This document shows, piece by piece, positions 62,465-64,000 of a stretch of DNA of 64,000 nt. Location: the NCBI RefSeq assembly GCF_009914755.1, contig NC_060937.1. One strand, given 5' to 3'. A model generated the notes under the pieces. It did no database searches. It worked only from the letters and a program-made list of their open reading frames with translations, and was not told where the DNA came from. Both the position numbers and the translations under genes were made by a program. The stretch's first letter is position 1; each line of letters starts with the position of its first letter. Source of the DNA: the human T2T-CHM13v2.0 reference genome, Homo sapiens.

Positions 62465-62970
62465 CATTTTGTGTTGAACTGTGTCCCCCAGAAGGATATG
62501 TTGAACCTGTAATCAATGAGACCTGCAAATGTGACCTTATTTGGAAACAGGGCTTTGCAGATGTAATCTAGTTAAGATCAAGTCATACTGGAGTAGGGTG
62601 GGCCCTGAGCCAATGACTGATGTTCTTATGAGAGGAGGGGAGTTTGGACACAGACACGCACAGAAAACACCATGCGAAGACACAAGGGTACAGAAGACAT
62701 AAAAGAGAGAAGGCCTTGTGAAGACAGAGGTGGAGATCGGAGTGATGCATCCACAAGTCGTAGACCACCAAAGATTGCCAGCCACCACTGGCAATCCAGA
62801 AACTGGAAGAGGAGAGGAAGAATTTTTCCTTACAGCCTTCAGAAGGAGCACAACCTCACCCCCTTGATTTCAGAGATGCAGCCTCCAGTACTATGAGAGA
62901 ATATATTTCTGCTGTTGTAAGCCACCATGTTTGTGCTACTTGGTCATGGCAGTCCTAGGAAATTAATACA
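62465..62970 (+). mobile_element. MLT1C-like MaLR solo LTR
   Basis: Motif tgtgaccttatttggaaacagggctttgcagatgtaat. Ends ggcagtcctaggaaattaataca. Confidence 0.88.
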
Positions 62971-63167
62971 GTGCATTATCATCCTTTGTTGAATATACAA
63001 AAGACAAAGAAGTTCAGTCCTTGTGACACACAGACTTAACTGAGTTTCTGGGAGTAGGTCATGGATGGGCTGCTGAAATTTCCTGCAGCTCTGTAGGCCC
63101 TTGTGGTCCCCAGCCTTGCATCCTTAGAAGAAGTCCCAGGTCCCTCACCTCATCTCCTGACTCTTAC

Positions 63168-63272
63168 CTGCATTCGAAAAAGATCACCAGGAGAGTCCCA
63201 GGAGTCTGTCCTGCAGTCTGAGAAGCCCTGTCTCTGGGGCATCAGGAGGTGCTCCAGGGGTGAGCTTGTTTG
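63168..63272 (-). other. Candidate spliced exon (105 bp)
   Basis: Minus-strand acceptor ttattttcttggctacag| and donor CAG|GTAAGA. Open in phase 0. No transcript evidence. Confidence 0.33.
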
Positions 63273-64000
63273 CTGTAGCCAAGAAAATAATTTGTAAAAT
63301 GTGTAAGAGCTTCAGTCTCCCAGAAATGGAGTTAGTTGTTAAAAACACAAGTTTTTCCTAAACATAAAAGAGGAGCATTCAGTGCTTCTTTGAAAATCTA
63401 GTTGAAAATTGAGTTCAACACAAAATATTAATTCACTTGCTCTTTAAAATAAAAAAAAAGTCAGGCTCATAAATGGTTAATGTCTCCATCCTTTCATTTT
63501 GAGTGCCAGGCTTTGGTTCTTTTCTTCTTTCTTTTCCATTTTTAGCTTACAGTCAATGGCTTTTCATAATGATTGGAAGGAAACATAACAAAAATCAATT
63601 TCATGACTTATTTTTCCTAACAATATTGGACAATGTGCTTTAGAAAAAAAAAGTATTTGAAATGGGGTTTTAATGTTGTTGAGCCTTCATTTTTATGTTA
63701 ACTGTTTTCTCTCTTTTCTTCCTTGTCCTTTTCACTGTGAAAATGACCTACTTTGAAGTTTCAAATAAAAAGAAGTTAAATAGGCTTTTATTTGGCTCTT
63801 GATTCTTTTTCTAGCAAATTTGGAAAAGGTCCTGACTTTGAGTATAACATGGCTGAGTGTAGAGAAGAAAAGAAAGAGCTTACCCTGACTTGTCTCTTTT
63901 TCCTGGTATGCTCAGGAGAACTTTTCTAGCATGGAGACTAAGCAACTAACTTGCCAATATTTGCACTCTATGAATAGAAGCATTTGGATAAAAAGATACA

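Overview
This window is primate (human-like) AT-rich non-coding genomic DNA, either a large intron or intergenic sequence. It is not prokaryotic. It is dominated by interspersed repeats: 16 Alu elements (AluJ/S/Y types, many with readable target-site duplications), 8 truncated L1 fragments (7 on the minus strand), MaLR and ERV solo LTRs, old DNA-transposon fossils, L2/MIR remnants and several simple or tandem repeats. No listed ORF is a credible protein-coding gene. I found no tRNA, rRNA or CRISPR array and could not identify the locus. The best unexplained structure is a 143-bp, 96.5%-identical inverted copy of nearby unique sequence (26269-26411) inserted into an old L1 at 27370-27512. Also notable are several smaller locally templated insertion scars, a 5x40-bp minisatellite with internal palindromes, an RFX X-box plus CCAAT element, and candidate spliced exons, mainly on the minus strand. 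Repeat subfamily names come from recalled consensus motifs, not from a search. Nothing here amounts to a demonstrably new biological system.
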